A stretch of 62,859 nucleotides of DNA, the filler included, from Gonapodya sp. JEL0774 (lineage: Eukaryota), in assembly GCA_027604505.1 (NCBI GenBank). It is 5 parts of 5 records of this genome, joined end to end, with 100 filler letters (N's around TTAATTAATTAA, not from the genome) between each part and the next. Parts side by side here need not be neighbours in the genome. Positions count along the whole stretch, not along the records: positions 1 to 12,824 come from JADIIX010000337.1; 4 more parts are not named here. One strand, 5' to 3'. The notes under the pieces are model-generated. The model had not been told where the DNA came from. It saw only the letters and a program-made list of their open reading frames with translations, and ran no database searches. Each line of letters opens with the position of its first letter. The stretch's first letter is position 1. This document shows positions 1 through 12,824 of this stretch, piece after piece. The translations under genes and the position numbers were made by a program.

Positions 1-887
1 CGCCTGCGACCATTAAAATTGTAACCAGGATCATTGTTCTGTCCGTCAACCGATCCTGCGGTGCAGTGCGGTTCTTATATCCGGCGAGCGTCAGAATTCA
101 CTATTGTGTGACTCACTTTATATCGCAGCAGAATGTGCGCGCGCCTCCGTTGTGGAGATGCGGTGGTTGCGACCAAATTCGAGGGCTCTTCTATCGCCAA
201 ACTGTGCTTCGCCGAGTCGTTGAGCAGAAGCTGATTGGCGGTGATACTCATGTAAAGAAATATTGCTCGAACGAGGAGACTTAGATACAAAATTGCTGTT
301 CCTGTGTCCGTAAATCAGCAACACTGATTGATCCTGTCTAACAGAAAGATGATGGAATAATTACCTGCATGAAGTACGATGTACTCGACAAAGCTCAAGC
401 AAGGGTTATCAATCTTTCTCCATATTGCCATGCAATCATGCAACGGGACGGAGAGGTCAGTAATCGAATGCAAAGTTCGTTCCTGCGGCATCAGATCCCA
501 AAATGACGTACCAGTAGCACACTGTGAGCATTTATTAGACCCAAAGCCAATCCAACTTCTTGCAGAAAAACCATCCCAAAAGATCTGCTTCGGATTTCAT
601 CTTTGTAGAGGTTTTCGCTTGTTGGTGTTTGTCTTCAACGACAGTTCACACTCGGGTGGATCGATCCCACTTACACGTTTTCCGCAGCCACACAAACGCA
701 CAAAAGGACACTGAAGATCCAAAATTCAGATATCAAGTCATCCCAAAAGTATTATCGTTGCATTCGTACCAAACCAGTAAACGAGGGTGCCTCCAAACGA
801 AAGGAGACAAACTGGCCCGCATCGATAGACTTGGAGGAACGTAGATCCAGGCGGAATTGGAGCTAGGTGAGGTGGGGCATCAGACAT
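1..887 (-). CDS. 5' part of a spliced multi-pass membrane protein resembling the 7TM region of 7TM-RGS (GprK/RGS1-like) receptors; cut by scaffold end
   Basis: Manual splicing at GT-AG from ATG 887: MSDAPPHLAPIPPGSTFLQVYRCGPVCLLSFGGTLVY / SFCAFVWLRKT / DEIRSRSFGMVFLQEVGLALGLINAHSVLL / DNPCLSLSSTSYFMQ / AILYLSLLVRAIFLYMSITANQ..ILLRYK / DRLTDRTMILVTILMVAG. No RGS domain is present in the window. Confidence 0.45.
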
Positions 888-1127
888 AGCGGGGCGAATC
901 GGTTGTTGATGTCTTTCTTTCGCTAAAGTGGGGATGCTTGGATGCGAATTGTGAGGTCAATGATCGATCAGGCAAGGTTTACACAACACAACCACTACTC
1001 AAAGCAAAAAGGTGCTCCCTTTCAACCAGTCACTAATAGTACCCAGGAAGCATAAAGTCCAGTACACATGAAAACATTTAAGCAGCCCAATATGACAGGT
1101 GAAAGGCAGAAACTCCAGTACGAATAA

Positions 1128-4100
1128 TCATGACTCTTCTGCGTCCTCCTTAATCATCTGCTCTACTTCCGCCATCTCCTTTTCCATGATCTTTGCCCTC
1201 TCTAATGCCTTCTTAGCATAGTCCACTCGACCAGCACGTTTGAATTGCAACGCGCTGCTTTTGGCCTCAGTGATCGCTGATGCCAGTTGCTTGGAGTAAT
1301 CTGAAATTATCAGAGATTCATCCGTGACATGTGCACCACAGCGACCGACGATAAAGCATCAGTACATGCTCACCAGGCATTTCCAACTTCCCAGTCTGTA
1401 CCATCACAGCTAAGATTTGCATCTTGATTTCTATGCCTTGCTTTCTTCCCACGAGTTCCTCCACCCGATCCCGAGCACTCAAACCTCCGGATCGCGCTGC
1501 AGCGATCTCTTTTTCGAGAACAGCGACTTCATGCATCATGACTTCATTCGATACGATCGATTCGGGAGAATCAAAACTGTCAATGAGCGCTTCGAGGTCC
1601 GCGTCCGCAGCAGAGAGGGAAGGTGCAGCTCCGCCTGTCGGTGCAGACCCTGTCGGTACGACTGAGCCAGTTGGGAAGGCATGTTGATTACTGTTGGATC
1701 CCTTTAGCGAACTAGCTGATGGGATTTGCGTTCCCGTTTGCCCATTCGGTTGCTTGGTCATTTTGCTCGGAGTGGAGGTCGGAGAGACGGGTCGCGAGCC
1801 GTGGGTTGGCTGCGCGCTCCCCAAGCCCGACACGGAAGAATAAGCGACCCCGCCGCCGGCAACAGACGGCGGCGGTGTGGGTCGCCCAGAAGACCCGCCT
1901 GCCCCGATAGCTGTTTCAGAGACTGGTTTCACTGGCACAGCCACGGAGACAGGAACTGAGGGAGCAGGCAACTGTTGTGGAGTGGAAGGGGGCCGTGCAA
2001 CCACCACCTGCTGAGCAGCACCAGCACTTCCTCCGAAATCCAACGTGGCCCATCGTTCTTCCTCTTGAACAAGCTCCGCTCTTGCCAAAGGGGTACGCAA
2101 ACGCAATCGAACGGAGACCGTGACACCTGTCTTCTGCCGAGGTGATGCAGGGTCCGTGAGCTGAGGCAGTACAAAGATTGTGAACAAGATAATATTCGCA
2201 GGTGGAATTGAGCGTTACGCGATTGATCGCACTCACGGAGATAGGCAGCTCAACTTCGCACTTGGTCATGAGGTCAGCTATCGGAGCCGACCCCTTACCC
2301 AAGCACTCCTTGCCCCAGAAGAATCCGCGGTTGTACCAAAGCTGAGACACCGCGCCGTTGTCAGTCAAGTTAACCAGTGGGTAAGTAAATCAATAGCGAA
2401 GAAGAAGACAGTGCCTCACCTGCACCTCGACCCGCTTCCTCTCTGCCCATCGATGTGCTGTTTTATTCCTCTCCAACCTCACTTTCCACCGCGCATTCCA
2501 ACGCGGAGCCCCACCCTTCGCCGGGGGCGTTTCGCCCTTTCCTTCTGGCTTGGTGTTGCCATCGTCACCCACAGGATAACCTACGTCCCAAGTCAACGTA
2601 GTCTCGAGTTGATCCGCCTGAACAGTCGGGTGTCGCAATCCATCAGCGCCCACCACCGTCACCTCCACTTCCGCCATTGCCAGGTCTGCATTGGTGCGCT
2701 CAAATTCGTATCGTACGGGCTCAAAGACAACGACAGGTTCCCGAATACTTCCACGCGGCAATTTGGACGCCTGCTCCAGCGCTTTCATATCTGCCAGGTC
2801 CCGTTTCTTGCGCTGGTGGAAGTAGAGTGCTCGTGCCTTATCCCCCCGTGCAAGCTGGAACGCAGCAGCCATGTGCGCGAGCTGAGCTTGCCGGTGGAGC
2901 GTTGCGACCAAAGATTGGAAGTGAGGAGGGGCGGAAGGTGGGAGTGTAGGGGGATTCGGGGGTACAGAGCCTCCAGTTGAAGGAGGCGGCGTCAGTGGCG
3001 GTGCCCGAGGTGCAGGACGTGGCGCAGGAGAGGAAGTCGTAGCGGAATTCACAGCATGTTGTTGAAGCTGCGGATGTTGTTGTTGACGTCCACTGAACGG
3101 TGCCTTGTTGCCCGCTTGCGCCTGCTGCGGTACTGACTGTCCACCAGCTCTCGCCGCCATTCCCTTGAGCCACACTTCTGGATCCCGGTCTGGAGCCTCC
3201 CATCCTTGCTCGATGATACCACCAGATTTCATCCGTTCCGCCAATGCGTCCATCTCTTTGGCCTTGGATAACAACGCGCGTGCACCCGGTATATCAGAGG
3301 CCCGCTTGTGAGCCAAGGCAGCGGACTTGTACGAAGCAGAAAGCTGCGAAAAATAGGATGCATCGATTCGGGGTGCAGGTACAATTGGTGCTGGTGGAAG
3401 GAGTGGAGGACCTGCCGGGAACACTGACACGCCACCAACTGGTGGTCGTACGACACTTGCGCCCGAGCCACCTATCGGCGCACTACCTGTCTTAGAGCTC
3501 GCTGTCCTGGGCGGTGGGGCTACCACCGGGCCCCGCCCGTTGTGCGGCGACATGGGTCCAGCTTCAGGAACTGAAAGTACTGTCGAGTCGAGCCAGCCGG
3601 ACGCTGGGTCGTCGTCAGGGAGGTTTGCACCGTCCGCATCGTTGTGAGACCCAGCGTTCGCAATGGAGGAGGCAGGATCAAGATAGTTTTGTTTGGATGG
3701 ATAGGAAGCGGTGGGACCATCATTCATACTGGCAGTGAGTGGACCCCACCCCGTCGAGGCCATCAACTGAGCAGATGAGGTAGGTAACACCGCGGCTGTT
3801 GCGGAGGAGCCGCGCTGGCGGGGTACGGGTGGTGGTTGGGTGATCCGTGCGTGCGCGGTTGTGAGGTGCGAAGACGAGGCGGACGAAGTCCGCATCACAG
3901 GAGAGAGTGACGGCTGTGGAGGCGCTTCAGAGTCTGAATCGTCAAGGTCGGGTCGGCTGGATGGTATAGGAGGGGTTGTTGTCGAGGGTGAACGGGTGGT
4001 GGGTGATTGGGGGTGAGAGACGGGAGGGGAGGGGACAGGGGAAAAGTGGGATACGGGGACACCCGAAATGGCGGAGAGTTCGGCCTGGTTGCGGAAGAAT

Positions 4101-5409
4101 GCGAGGAATGTGTTCAAGTCGGCCAATGCAGGGATTAAATTACATCGTTTTCCCCACTCACCAATAACCCCGGATCTCGCTCGTCTTCTTCCGTGAGCTC
4201 GACCTCCGGTTCTTGGTCATATCCACCAATAGATGCTGCACCATGCTGGGATGAGAGTCGAGCATGTAAAGCATCGATGTCCAAGTCCGGCTTGGGGGAT
4301 ACCTGAAAAGAGGTCGGAACATTTGAAGGTGTATGGCGTTGTTGAGGAGGAGAGATTAGGGCCTTGGGTGCGGTGGGAGGAGGAGGCGGAAGGGCTCGAG
4401 TAGGTGGGTGAGGAGAGGCAGCGGGGGAAGCACCAACAGGTGTTCTAGGGTTGGAGGCGGGGGCTGAAGGGGGAGGGCGGGAGTCAAGGGCCTGCGAAAG
4501 AGAGATAGATGGCAAAGACTGCTTTTGTGGAAGTGTAGGAGATGTGGAACTGGATGACGGGGTCTGCTCGTTGATGGCCACCAGTCGAGGAGGCGAATGA
4601 GTTTTTTAGGTGCAAAAATGGATTGCTACAGAAACTCGCCTTCGCTGCGGCTGCAGCGGGTTTGGACGTGAATACTTCCGAAGACAGGCCAGTAACAATT
4701 GAGAGCTCAGCCTTGGTGGAGACGGTGTTGGCAAAGAGATATGTCAATGTTTCAAAAGCTCAACAAGATGTGAAGACATTGGACTCACCAGTAATGCTGG
4801 ATCATTTTCATCTTCCTCTGTGAATTCAACCTCCAGGTCTTTGTCGAGTCCACTCGCAAGCTCTGCGTGAACTTTGTGGATGTCCAAATGGTCACCACCA
4901 CCACCAGCAACGTTGCCGGCCGCACGGCCAGACGGAGATGGCGCACGCTGATTCTGCACAGGTTGAGCTCGAAGTTGCGACTGTGACTGAACCGGTGGCT
5001 TCTTCGGCTTCTCGGCTGCGATGAGGGCATTCAGTTCGCGCTGCCAAGCACAAGTTCAACCCATAGAATTCCACGACAAAACAGCCGCAATCATGGAGGG
5101 CGAACAAGAACACGTTTGGATGTGATGGAAACCTCACGCGAGGAGAGCTCAATTCACCAGAAGCTTTGGATCATCAATGTCGTTCTCATCGAGACCTTCT
5201 CCCTCTGTGTCGTCTCCATTTGCATCCATCCCGTCGGTTCCATCTATCCCGGGTATTTTAAACAGACTTGGATCGATTCCTAAACTGGCGTAGTCAAAAC
5301 CATCGTCTTCTCTCTTCCCTCCACCACCCTGTCGCTTGCCCCCTCGCCGACCGCCGCCGCTTCCACTTCCACCTGATCCACCGTCTTGTTTCTTGAGCCA
5401 GCCAAACAT
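1128..5409 (-). CDS. CC2D1: CC2D1/Lgd (Freud-1)-like protein with DM14-like helices and a C2 domain, about 7 exons
   Basis: ATG 5409 (MFGWLKK), TGA 1128. DM14-like YKSAALAHKRASDIPGARALLSKAKEMD; C2 core EVEVTVVGADGL..RWAERKRVEVQ/LWYNRGFFWGKECLGKGSAPIADLMTKCEV..VSVRLRLRTPLARAELVQEEERW; last exon DYSKQLASAITEAKSSALQFKRAGRVDYAKKALERAKIMEKEMAEVEQMIKEDAEES*. Confidence 0.8.
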
Positions 5410-5562
5410 TAATTGGTAAGATTTCTCCGAACGAGGAGAAAATGCGTCAGTTGCGTTGCTGCTGCTCAGTGCTGAAAGCCAACTGAAAGCTGTGGACACA
5501 TACCCTTAATGCTAGTCACCAGCGCTTCGTCCCTTCCCAGCAGCTCCGAGCCATGAAATCTA

Positions 5563-6244
5563 TTGATTGCGGAACAGGCCGCTCCACCAAGCGCTTCGAA
5601 ATTTGGGCGCCGCAGCTCAGTTCACCTCCCGGAATCTATGTCGACAGTCAGCGTGTTTGACAACTGGTTTCACCTCAAACCCAATCCTGGATTCTCGAGG
5701 GACAATTTCGCAGATCTGCTTGTGTTCGCCGACAAATATGAGATCCCACGTCTCACAAACTGATCTAGGTTGTTTCTTGGAGCTGAAACATCCCTTGGGA
5801 TCATTGAATACATTTGTACTCGCGGACAGATACAATTTGAAAGACTTGAAGGCAAAACTGCGTGAGGATGCGTACGATCGTCTGTGGGGACCCTTCACTA
5901 GCATATCTGGTACGGAGTTGGCTCGCAAGTTTCATGAGCTGAGCACGGAAACACTCGGAGACATTTTAAACAAAAAGAGATCCGAGGATCAAGCAAAGAG
6001 ATGTCAAGATCAAAACAAGAAGCGGGCGTATGCGCGCATCATCCTGTATGCAGATGCCAAAGGGTATATGACTGCCGGAGAGGACGGTGATAAATTCTCG
6101 GAGCAATGCCCGAAGTGTGGTTGCAAGCGGTCCTTCGGCAACGGAAAGTACTTTACACTCGAGTCTTGGAAGGGACATTGTTGGACTTGCTTCGTGGAAG
6201 CCGATCTTGCAACAATCGGAGTATCAATACCCAATATACCGTAG
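5563..6244 (+). pseudogene. BTB/POZ-domain gene, frameshifted, with C-terminal CxxC..CxxC
   Basis: VHLPES..FADLLVFADKYEIPRLT stops at TGA 5761-5763 and continues in another frame as DLGCFLELKHPLGSLNTFVLADRYNLKDLK; later CPKC..CWTC. BTB N-terminus missing; no intron seen. Confidence 0.6.
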
Positions 6245-6517
6245 TGTTGCTGTCTGTTGCAGTGACTGCTAACTGCAAAAAGGGGCTTTGCAATCATCTT
6301 TTTGTAGCTTTACATCGTAATACAATTTTGATGTGAACAAGCGTCTTGGCCCGTGCATCGTGGCCAAAGTTATTCAGTGGATGGAGCCAAGAGCACTTTG
6401 ATCACATCGTGCTTGTTTCGAAAGCACCAGTGAGCTCTTTCCATATTGAGTCGATCTGCAAGTCTGATTCTAAAGAACGTTTTGATAGGAACACGCCGTC
6501 CGAGTGTTTCGTCAATT

Positions 6518-7558
6518 ATGGGATCCACGATGCTTTCCTCTCCAACTGAAGTTCATCGTGAAAACAATCCGTTTCCTCTCACACGGCTCCCACCAGAAGT
6601 GATTCTTAGAGTCGGTCGGTATCTCGAGACGAGGCTGGGACTACCGCTTTGCCGTGCGTTTCGATCCATCGTAGGAGCCCACAGAGCATAGGCCAGCGAG
6701 CACTCAGGCGATTCAGAGATCATGCTCTCATGGAAGAATGCCGGCGTACTGAACTGAGTGCCGTGGAGGTGGTCAAGTGGCTCATCCCGAGACGTATTTG
6801 CGCTTGTGGTATAACCTCGACAAGAGGAAACCGCACCCGCCCATAGGCTTGCACTCGTTGAAGCTGCCAGAGGTGGAAGAGTCGACATAGTGAAGGTCTT
6901 GACAGGCTATGGGGCCAGATCTCAGATACGTGATTGGTACCGCACTGGCTGTCCGCTGCAAAATTTCTTCGCATTGGCAGCTGCAGCTCACGAAGGCCAC
7001 GTCGACGTTGCTAAGGAGCTTCTGCATTGTGGTGCTGACCTTGAAGCTGAAGGTACATAAGTTCTCAAAATGGTTGCCAAGAAAGGACCGTCTGCCATGG
7101 TGCGAGTTCTGCTCGACAGAGGTGCTCCGACAGAAAGCATGAATCTCTCGAAAATGCGGTTGAAAACGGACACATCGAAGTTTTGAAAGTTTTTCGAGAT
7201 TCTGGACAACATTGCACTCCTCATTGCCTCAAATCAGGGTAATACTCATCTTGCTAGGCTTTTTCTTCGGTACGGTGCAGACGTTCATGCTCAAGATGAC
7301 GCGCCGTTGGCGGGAGCTGTGACAGGGCGGAATGTTGCGATGGTCAAGCTCCTCGTTGAGAGAGGTGCTTGCATTCGCTCCAGGAACAATCACGCCTTTA
7401 GAACGTCTGTAAATCACGGACCGGTGCACTTGGTACACTGGCTGCTTGATCGCGAGGGTAGCAATCATGGAAACGGAAGCAATCACTCTACTCGTGCGCA
7501 TCGACCGGCAGGAGCTCAAGTGCATGCACAGGGCCAGCTTGTCAGGAGGGGTCGCTAA
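6518..7558 (+). pseudogene. F-box-like plus ankyrin-repeat gene, disrupted
   Basis: PLTRLPPEVILRVGRYL followed by ankyrin repeats in shifting frames (ALVEAARGGRVDIVKVL; AAHEGHVDVAKELLHCGADL; ASNQGNTHLARLFLRYGADVHAQDDAPLAGAVTGRNVAMVKLLVERGA); in-frame TAG at 6689-6691. Confidence 0.8.
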
Positions 7559-8529
7559 GCGGGGGTGTGCAGACGGAAAACGCAATCATTTTGGTGATCT
7601 GGTCCTCAGATATGGACGTCGTATTATCCTGCGAAGAGCTTGCGAACATCATTGAAAGAAGAATCAATTTGCAGATACAATCACAGTAATTGAAAAATAG
7701 CAAATTATCTTTAGAACATGGAAAACGCGAGAGAAAATCAAATAAAGGAAGGAGAAAGTTGCTCCGGGGAATCAAAGTAACTCCCCGCGTGTTCACCATC
7801 AGCTCTGGCTGGAATGTGCTATGTCCACCGCCCGAACCACGTCCCATTTCTCACTTCACTGCCCGCCACAGTAACCGAAAACAAATACGAAAATCTCCAA
7901 CGTTCTCCAATTATTCCGCTTGGCATTGCCTTCGTCTGACAGTATAAGAGCTTATTGAATGTAGCGGGAAGCACGAGTTTCCTAAAGGAGGAAGAGAATT
8001 GAATCTTGGGTATCTACTTGAAGAGCTGCTCGTGGGAGGCGAGGGTTGCGTTGTGAAGCTTCGTGAGGAAGTGTCGCGAGGTTGAGAGCGGAAGCGCACG
8101 AACAGAGTTGATCCAATAAGCATCGTAAGCACAGCGCGTGACGTGAAAGGAATGGATATAAAGGAGACAACGTAGTGATGGAAGTGTTCGGAGACAAGAT
8201 TGAGGAATTGGGTGAAGGTGGTAGCGAATCGAACATGGTGTCGTGGTGGTGGTGTGGACGGAAGAGAGGACGAACATGAGCGGTGAGTGTGAATCAAGGA
8301 CGCTGGACGATAAAACGAAGTCCCGGTCTCCGTCGCTGAGTCGGCACCATCTACTTGGCAATTGACCATCCGCACCCCTTCGAACTGCGAGTCCTCCAGA
8401 CAATGGCGGTTACACTATCCGCTTTGCGGAGTGGCCCAAAGATTAAAGTAACCACGCAAGATCCGGATCGCCTGTTCGAGGCTCACTCCTCGAATTGTCG
8501 AAACATTCCAACAAATTGATTAGTCGTGC

Positions 8530-8814
8530 CAAACCGCCGTAAAACCACATCTCCCACAGTACTCGACTTGTTCTCCCAAATCGCACAACCCGTCCATCGA
8601 AGAAGATCATTAATGTTTCCCTTCGCCTAGCTCACGCCCCTGTGTGTGTTCTGGTGTTCAGATGGTTCGACCATAGCTCCGCACTCAGAAACTTTCGCGT
8701 GAAGGTACGCGCGCAAATAGCAGCCTTAACTTTTTGGCGTGCAGCTTCTGCAATTACAGTCGTAGGGGTCCGTATGCTTCGATGACAGGTTTCTTCGCAC
8801 TTTGCCTCCCGCAT
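8530..8814 (-). pseudogene. degenerate C2H2 zinc-finger fragment
   Basis: AICARTFTRK..NHLNTRTHTG followed by EYCGRCGF; zinc ligands partly lost. Confidence 0.4.
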
Positions 8815-9999
8815 GCCGCCTCCTCCACCAGTCGAGGTTCTCGCACCATGTCATTCCAAAGCATCACTCCAAATTGCGTACCTTGTATATATCCATAGTG
8901 TTGGCTCTGGTCGGACTCCCCACCGTAACCCGCCGAGCACTTGCTCCAGGCTTTGAAAAACCCCAGGTTGGGTTCGAGCTAGTAGGACTTGAAGGAGCAA
9001 AATCTGAGTGGGAGTGAATTGAGATGGGTGACGCACTTGGAGGAGAGCCGTACAGTGGGCTTGCGGATGACAGGGAGTTGCTGTTCCAGGAAGGAGTGAG
9101 TTGAGTGGAATGAGATGGAAGTTCTCGCTACCGAAGAGAGCTTCCTGCCAATTAACAAGGTCCAGTTACTCACCCTCTGGTGAGTTGCGGCTGCCCCCAT
9201 GTCCCGCTTCCGCTCCGGCTTGCCCCACTCCCACTCTTTCCCTGCATTCCCGTTGGAATCGCGACCGGAACCGCAGAAGGAGCCCCTACAGCTACACCCA
9301 TCACAGCTGCATCTGTTTTTGGAACGTTTACGGCACCGGTTACGGTTCCGCGGAAAGGTTCGAGTTTCGGGACCGACGAGAGGGAAGACTCGGCAGGAGG
9401 AGGGAGCGCGAGCGAGGGTAAAGAGTCGGACATGATGCAAAGTGTGGTGTGAGCGATGACGTAAAGACGAAGGTGTGGGTTGTGTGGGATGTTAAGGGTG
9501 GGTTGGTGTCTCCCACCCACTGGTCACGAGTGCTCTGACAAAACCGGTTGTGGTGGCACGTGATATGATCGAAGTGACGTACTTTCCTTGCAGTAGAACG
9601 GTGGAATGGACTTGAACTATTTTGCGCCTGGGAAATTGATATTCGTATCCAATTGTCGTGGGTGTTAGTGTGTAGTCATGCTCCACGTAACATTTCGTCA
9701 TGGCATGCATATTGTTGATCAATCATCTCCAATGATGGGAATCATCTCGCGTGAATACCTACGATGCGCCGACTCAAGACCCACTAAACCTGCTCAAATT
9801 TTCTCCTCGCCAGTAACCAAAATGCTCGCGAGCTATATGACAAACCCTATGTCAAGCCAGTCGACACATATAGCAATGCTCGTACTTTGCTCGCTGTTCT
9901 TGAAACCAGAGTGCATGAGCTCAGTGAGGAATGGTTCAGTGCCAGACATCGACCACAGTCACATCCTTTCACCACCAACACTGACAACCACCAAGCGCA

Positions 10000-10665
10000 A
10001 TGCCCTCTAACGGTCCAGAACTCCTTCTTCGCGTCACAGACTCTTCCGTTGATGGAATGCCCAAAAACACCGGCGCTGTTGTCACTACGCATGTGGTTGC
10101 AAAGTCTGTCCAAGTGAGTCACATTGCTAGACTCACGTCCGAGCCCCAATAACGGCACCAGAGATCCGAATTGCGACATTTTCCGACGATGGCGGTTTGC
10201 ATCTTCCGTTTCTAATGGTTTTGATTGTGTCAGGCCGGTTCCCTCCTCGGTCTCGTCCTCTCCCCTCTTTTCCGACTTCGTTCCAAAACCCCACGACCTT
10301 TCCTCGTTTCACTTTCTCGTCCACCAGCTCTAGGTGCATTGTTCGGCATCCCCATTGGACTGGCGATGGTTGTCGGAAAATCGTACGACATGGACGCGGA
10401 CGGGGTTGACGATCGAGCTTACAGGATCGTCCACAATGCTGGTCAGGTAGACGTGGATAGGCACGCTGCATTCGGAGCTTTCGTTGGGGCACTCGTGGGG
10501 AATTTTGCCCTGCCTGGTGGGAATCCGTTGGTGAGGATGTGGCGAGGTGGCAGTTTGGGACTAGCTACGGGAGTCATCGTGTACGGTGTCACAAAGCTCG
10601 AGGCGACCAAAGATTTGAGGAGTGCAGTGATGGAGTCGGTGGAGAAAATGAAGTCCGGCTTATGA
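10000..10665 (+). CDS. DUF1757-like small membrane protein, 2 exons (10000-10113, 10234-10665)
   Basis: MPSNGPELLLRVTDSSVDGMPKNTGAVVTTHVVAKSVQ/AGSLLGLVLSPLF..GVDDRAYRIVHNAGQVDVDRHAAFGAFVG; phase-0 intron GTGAGT..CTAAT..CAG. Confidence 0.65.
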
Positions 10666-11013
10666 AAGGGCTTAGGGGCAGTGAAATCATCCACTCGTCA
10701 GGCCATTCCACAGCCGGACAGGATACCAGTGCGCCTTTTCGAGACTTTTCATACTGTTTTTGTGCTTACTGCGCTGTGAATGTAGAGTCTGCCTATGATA
10801 TGTTTGTCAACCATGATCAAGTCGGTTCGACATTGTGGAGGTCTGTGATTGCTAGCTGCTTCGTGCGAAAAGCACTTGCAGTGTCGTAAATCACGATTTG
10901 GACCTACGTCAACTTTGGAATAATCTGTTCGATCAGGATGGTAAGAGTTTCGAAAAGTCCCGCAACCACTGCAGAATTGACTGCCCATCACCTCTACAAC
11001 GCTCTTTCTTCGG

Positions 11014-12180
11014 ATGAGACTTTTAAGCCTTGTGCGATATTCTACCCATCTTCACTCGTTCCGCAGTCGGTTGTTGGGAAGTTCCGCTTCTCTGCCTTCG
11101 TCAGCTCCCCGCCAATTATCGTGGAGTGAACCTTGCTTCCACATACACTGGAAACAAGCGCATGGGCGGAATCAGAGTACAGCTATCAGCGTGAAATCTT
11201 CTGATGTGACTGGACAGCATTCACACATCCCGTCATCGGTCGGGGAACAGGGAGGATCGGAGAGTGAAGCTTCGGGTTCCGAACGATCGTCGCTTCCGCC
11301 CATCCCGGACTACGACTCCCTTCACCGTCTTATCCCATCTTCACATCCATTTTGCTCCAATCCCACCACGCGAGCCTTCCTCGCCCGATCTGTGTCCCCA
11401 TCCGCCCGCCTCGCTTTCCACGTCGACAACAACCCCGACGACTCGGCTTCTCAAATGCGCATAAAGACGACGAATACATATATGTGGAGGACGTGCATTT
11501 CGGCGCCTGGTGATGGGACGGGAAGGATCGAGAGGTGGAGCGTGTTGTGGGAGCCGAGTTCGGGAGTGGTGACGGGAGTGGGGGAAGTGAGAGAGGGGTT
11601 TTCGGTGAGTTGCAAAACAAGCACGGATACAGTTCTCCATTGTACAATGATAGAGGACCGGTTGTATTAAAGTGGTGTCTCCCGCTCGTTCGCGATCTCT
11701 CCGTTGCCCTTGTCCTTTCGTTCTTTCAAACAATCAAAGGGTCACCACCACATCCTCCACGGCGGGGCACTATCGGCCTTTTTTGACGACGCTTTGGGTA
11801 CCGTCTGCATGCTCCACCTCCGTGCTCCCATCTTCACAGCAAATCTCTCTGTAGACTTTCTGCGGCCAGTTCCGTTGCCGGGGGTGTACGCATGGCAGGC
11901 GCGTGTGGTAAAGGAAGAAGGGAAGAAAGTGTGGTGTGAGGCCAGGGTGGTGGGGTTCAATGGAGAGGTTCATGCGGACGGTGAGCAGAAAACGGAAAGC
12001 GCAGGTGCGGCCAAGCAGGTACACCGGCGTCGTCCTGGACATCACAGCTACGCCCCGTGGACTTTTGGAGAAGCAGAGCATGGTGATGGATGTGTGGTGT
12101 ACGCGAGGGCGAGAGCGCTCATGATTCGACCTGACAGTGCGAGCGCCGAAGGGCGAAAGTTGAACCTGGTGGAAGAGTGA
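11014..12180 (+). CDS. hotdog-fold acyl-CoA thioesterase (PaaI/THEM4-like), probable mitochondrial presequence
   Basis: EVREGFS/GHHHILHGGALSAFFDDALG..TANLSVDFLRPVPLPG..ARVVKEEGKKVWCEA; intron from GTGAGT 11605; N-terminus rich in R/S/L. Confidence 0.85.
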
Positions 12181-12824
12181 CAATGCACGGTGTCGCTAAG
12201 CTAATGGTGAGATCCTATAGATCAAAGATACACGCAAGATTATGTTCAATTTTTTGTACCGCGACATACTGTTGAATACTTAGATGATAATATACGTATT
12301 TGTTCGACCGGCAGGAACGGTTTGGGAGCTCTGAAATGACCGGTGCTTGCCTTCCCATGACGGGGGTGAGCAAGTTGGGTGTTCCATTCAGATTTATCAC
12401 GACAAACTCTACGACAAACTCTGCCTTAGGGGGTCCCAGTCGTCTCTTGTTCGGGAGGTCTTTGAAGACAAGCACCTCCATGGTCTGACTCGTGCCCTTC
12501 ATCGTTGGCAGCCGGAGTTTTGTCGCGCTTAAATGTCGTTTAGGCGGCGCCCACCGTCAACCCTGAACACGTCCTTCTGCTGTGCAAGAAAAACATCGAG
12601 AAGCAACGATGGCGCCAATCTCAGCCACCGATATTGCATGTGAGTTTTTCCTCCTCACTCAGTTGTTGCCGGATCATGTCCGATCTTCTCAAAATTGGGC
12701 TTACGTGTGCTCCTCCATGTCTCCCAAACCCAGCCCGGTTGCCCACCCTCCTCTCTGGCGCCCGCCTCTCCATTCCCACATCTGGCTCTCACATTCCCTT
12801 CGCCGTTTCGTCCGTCACTTCATC

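Noticed and set aside
12609..12824. Gene start MAPISATDIA with GTGAGT donor
   Set aside because: Too short and truncated to identify.
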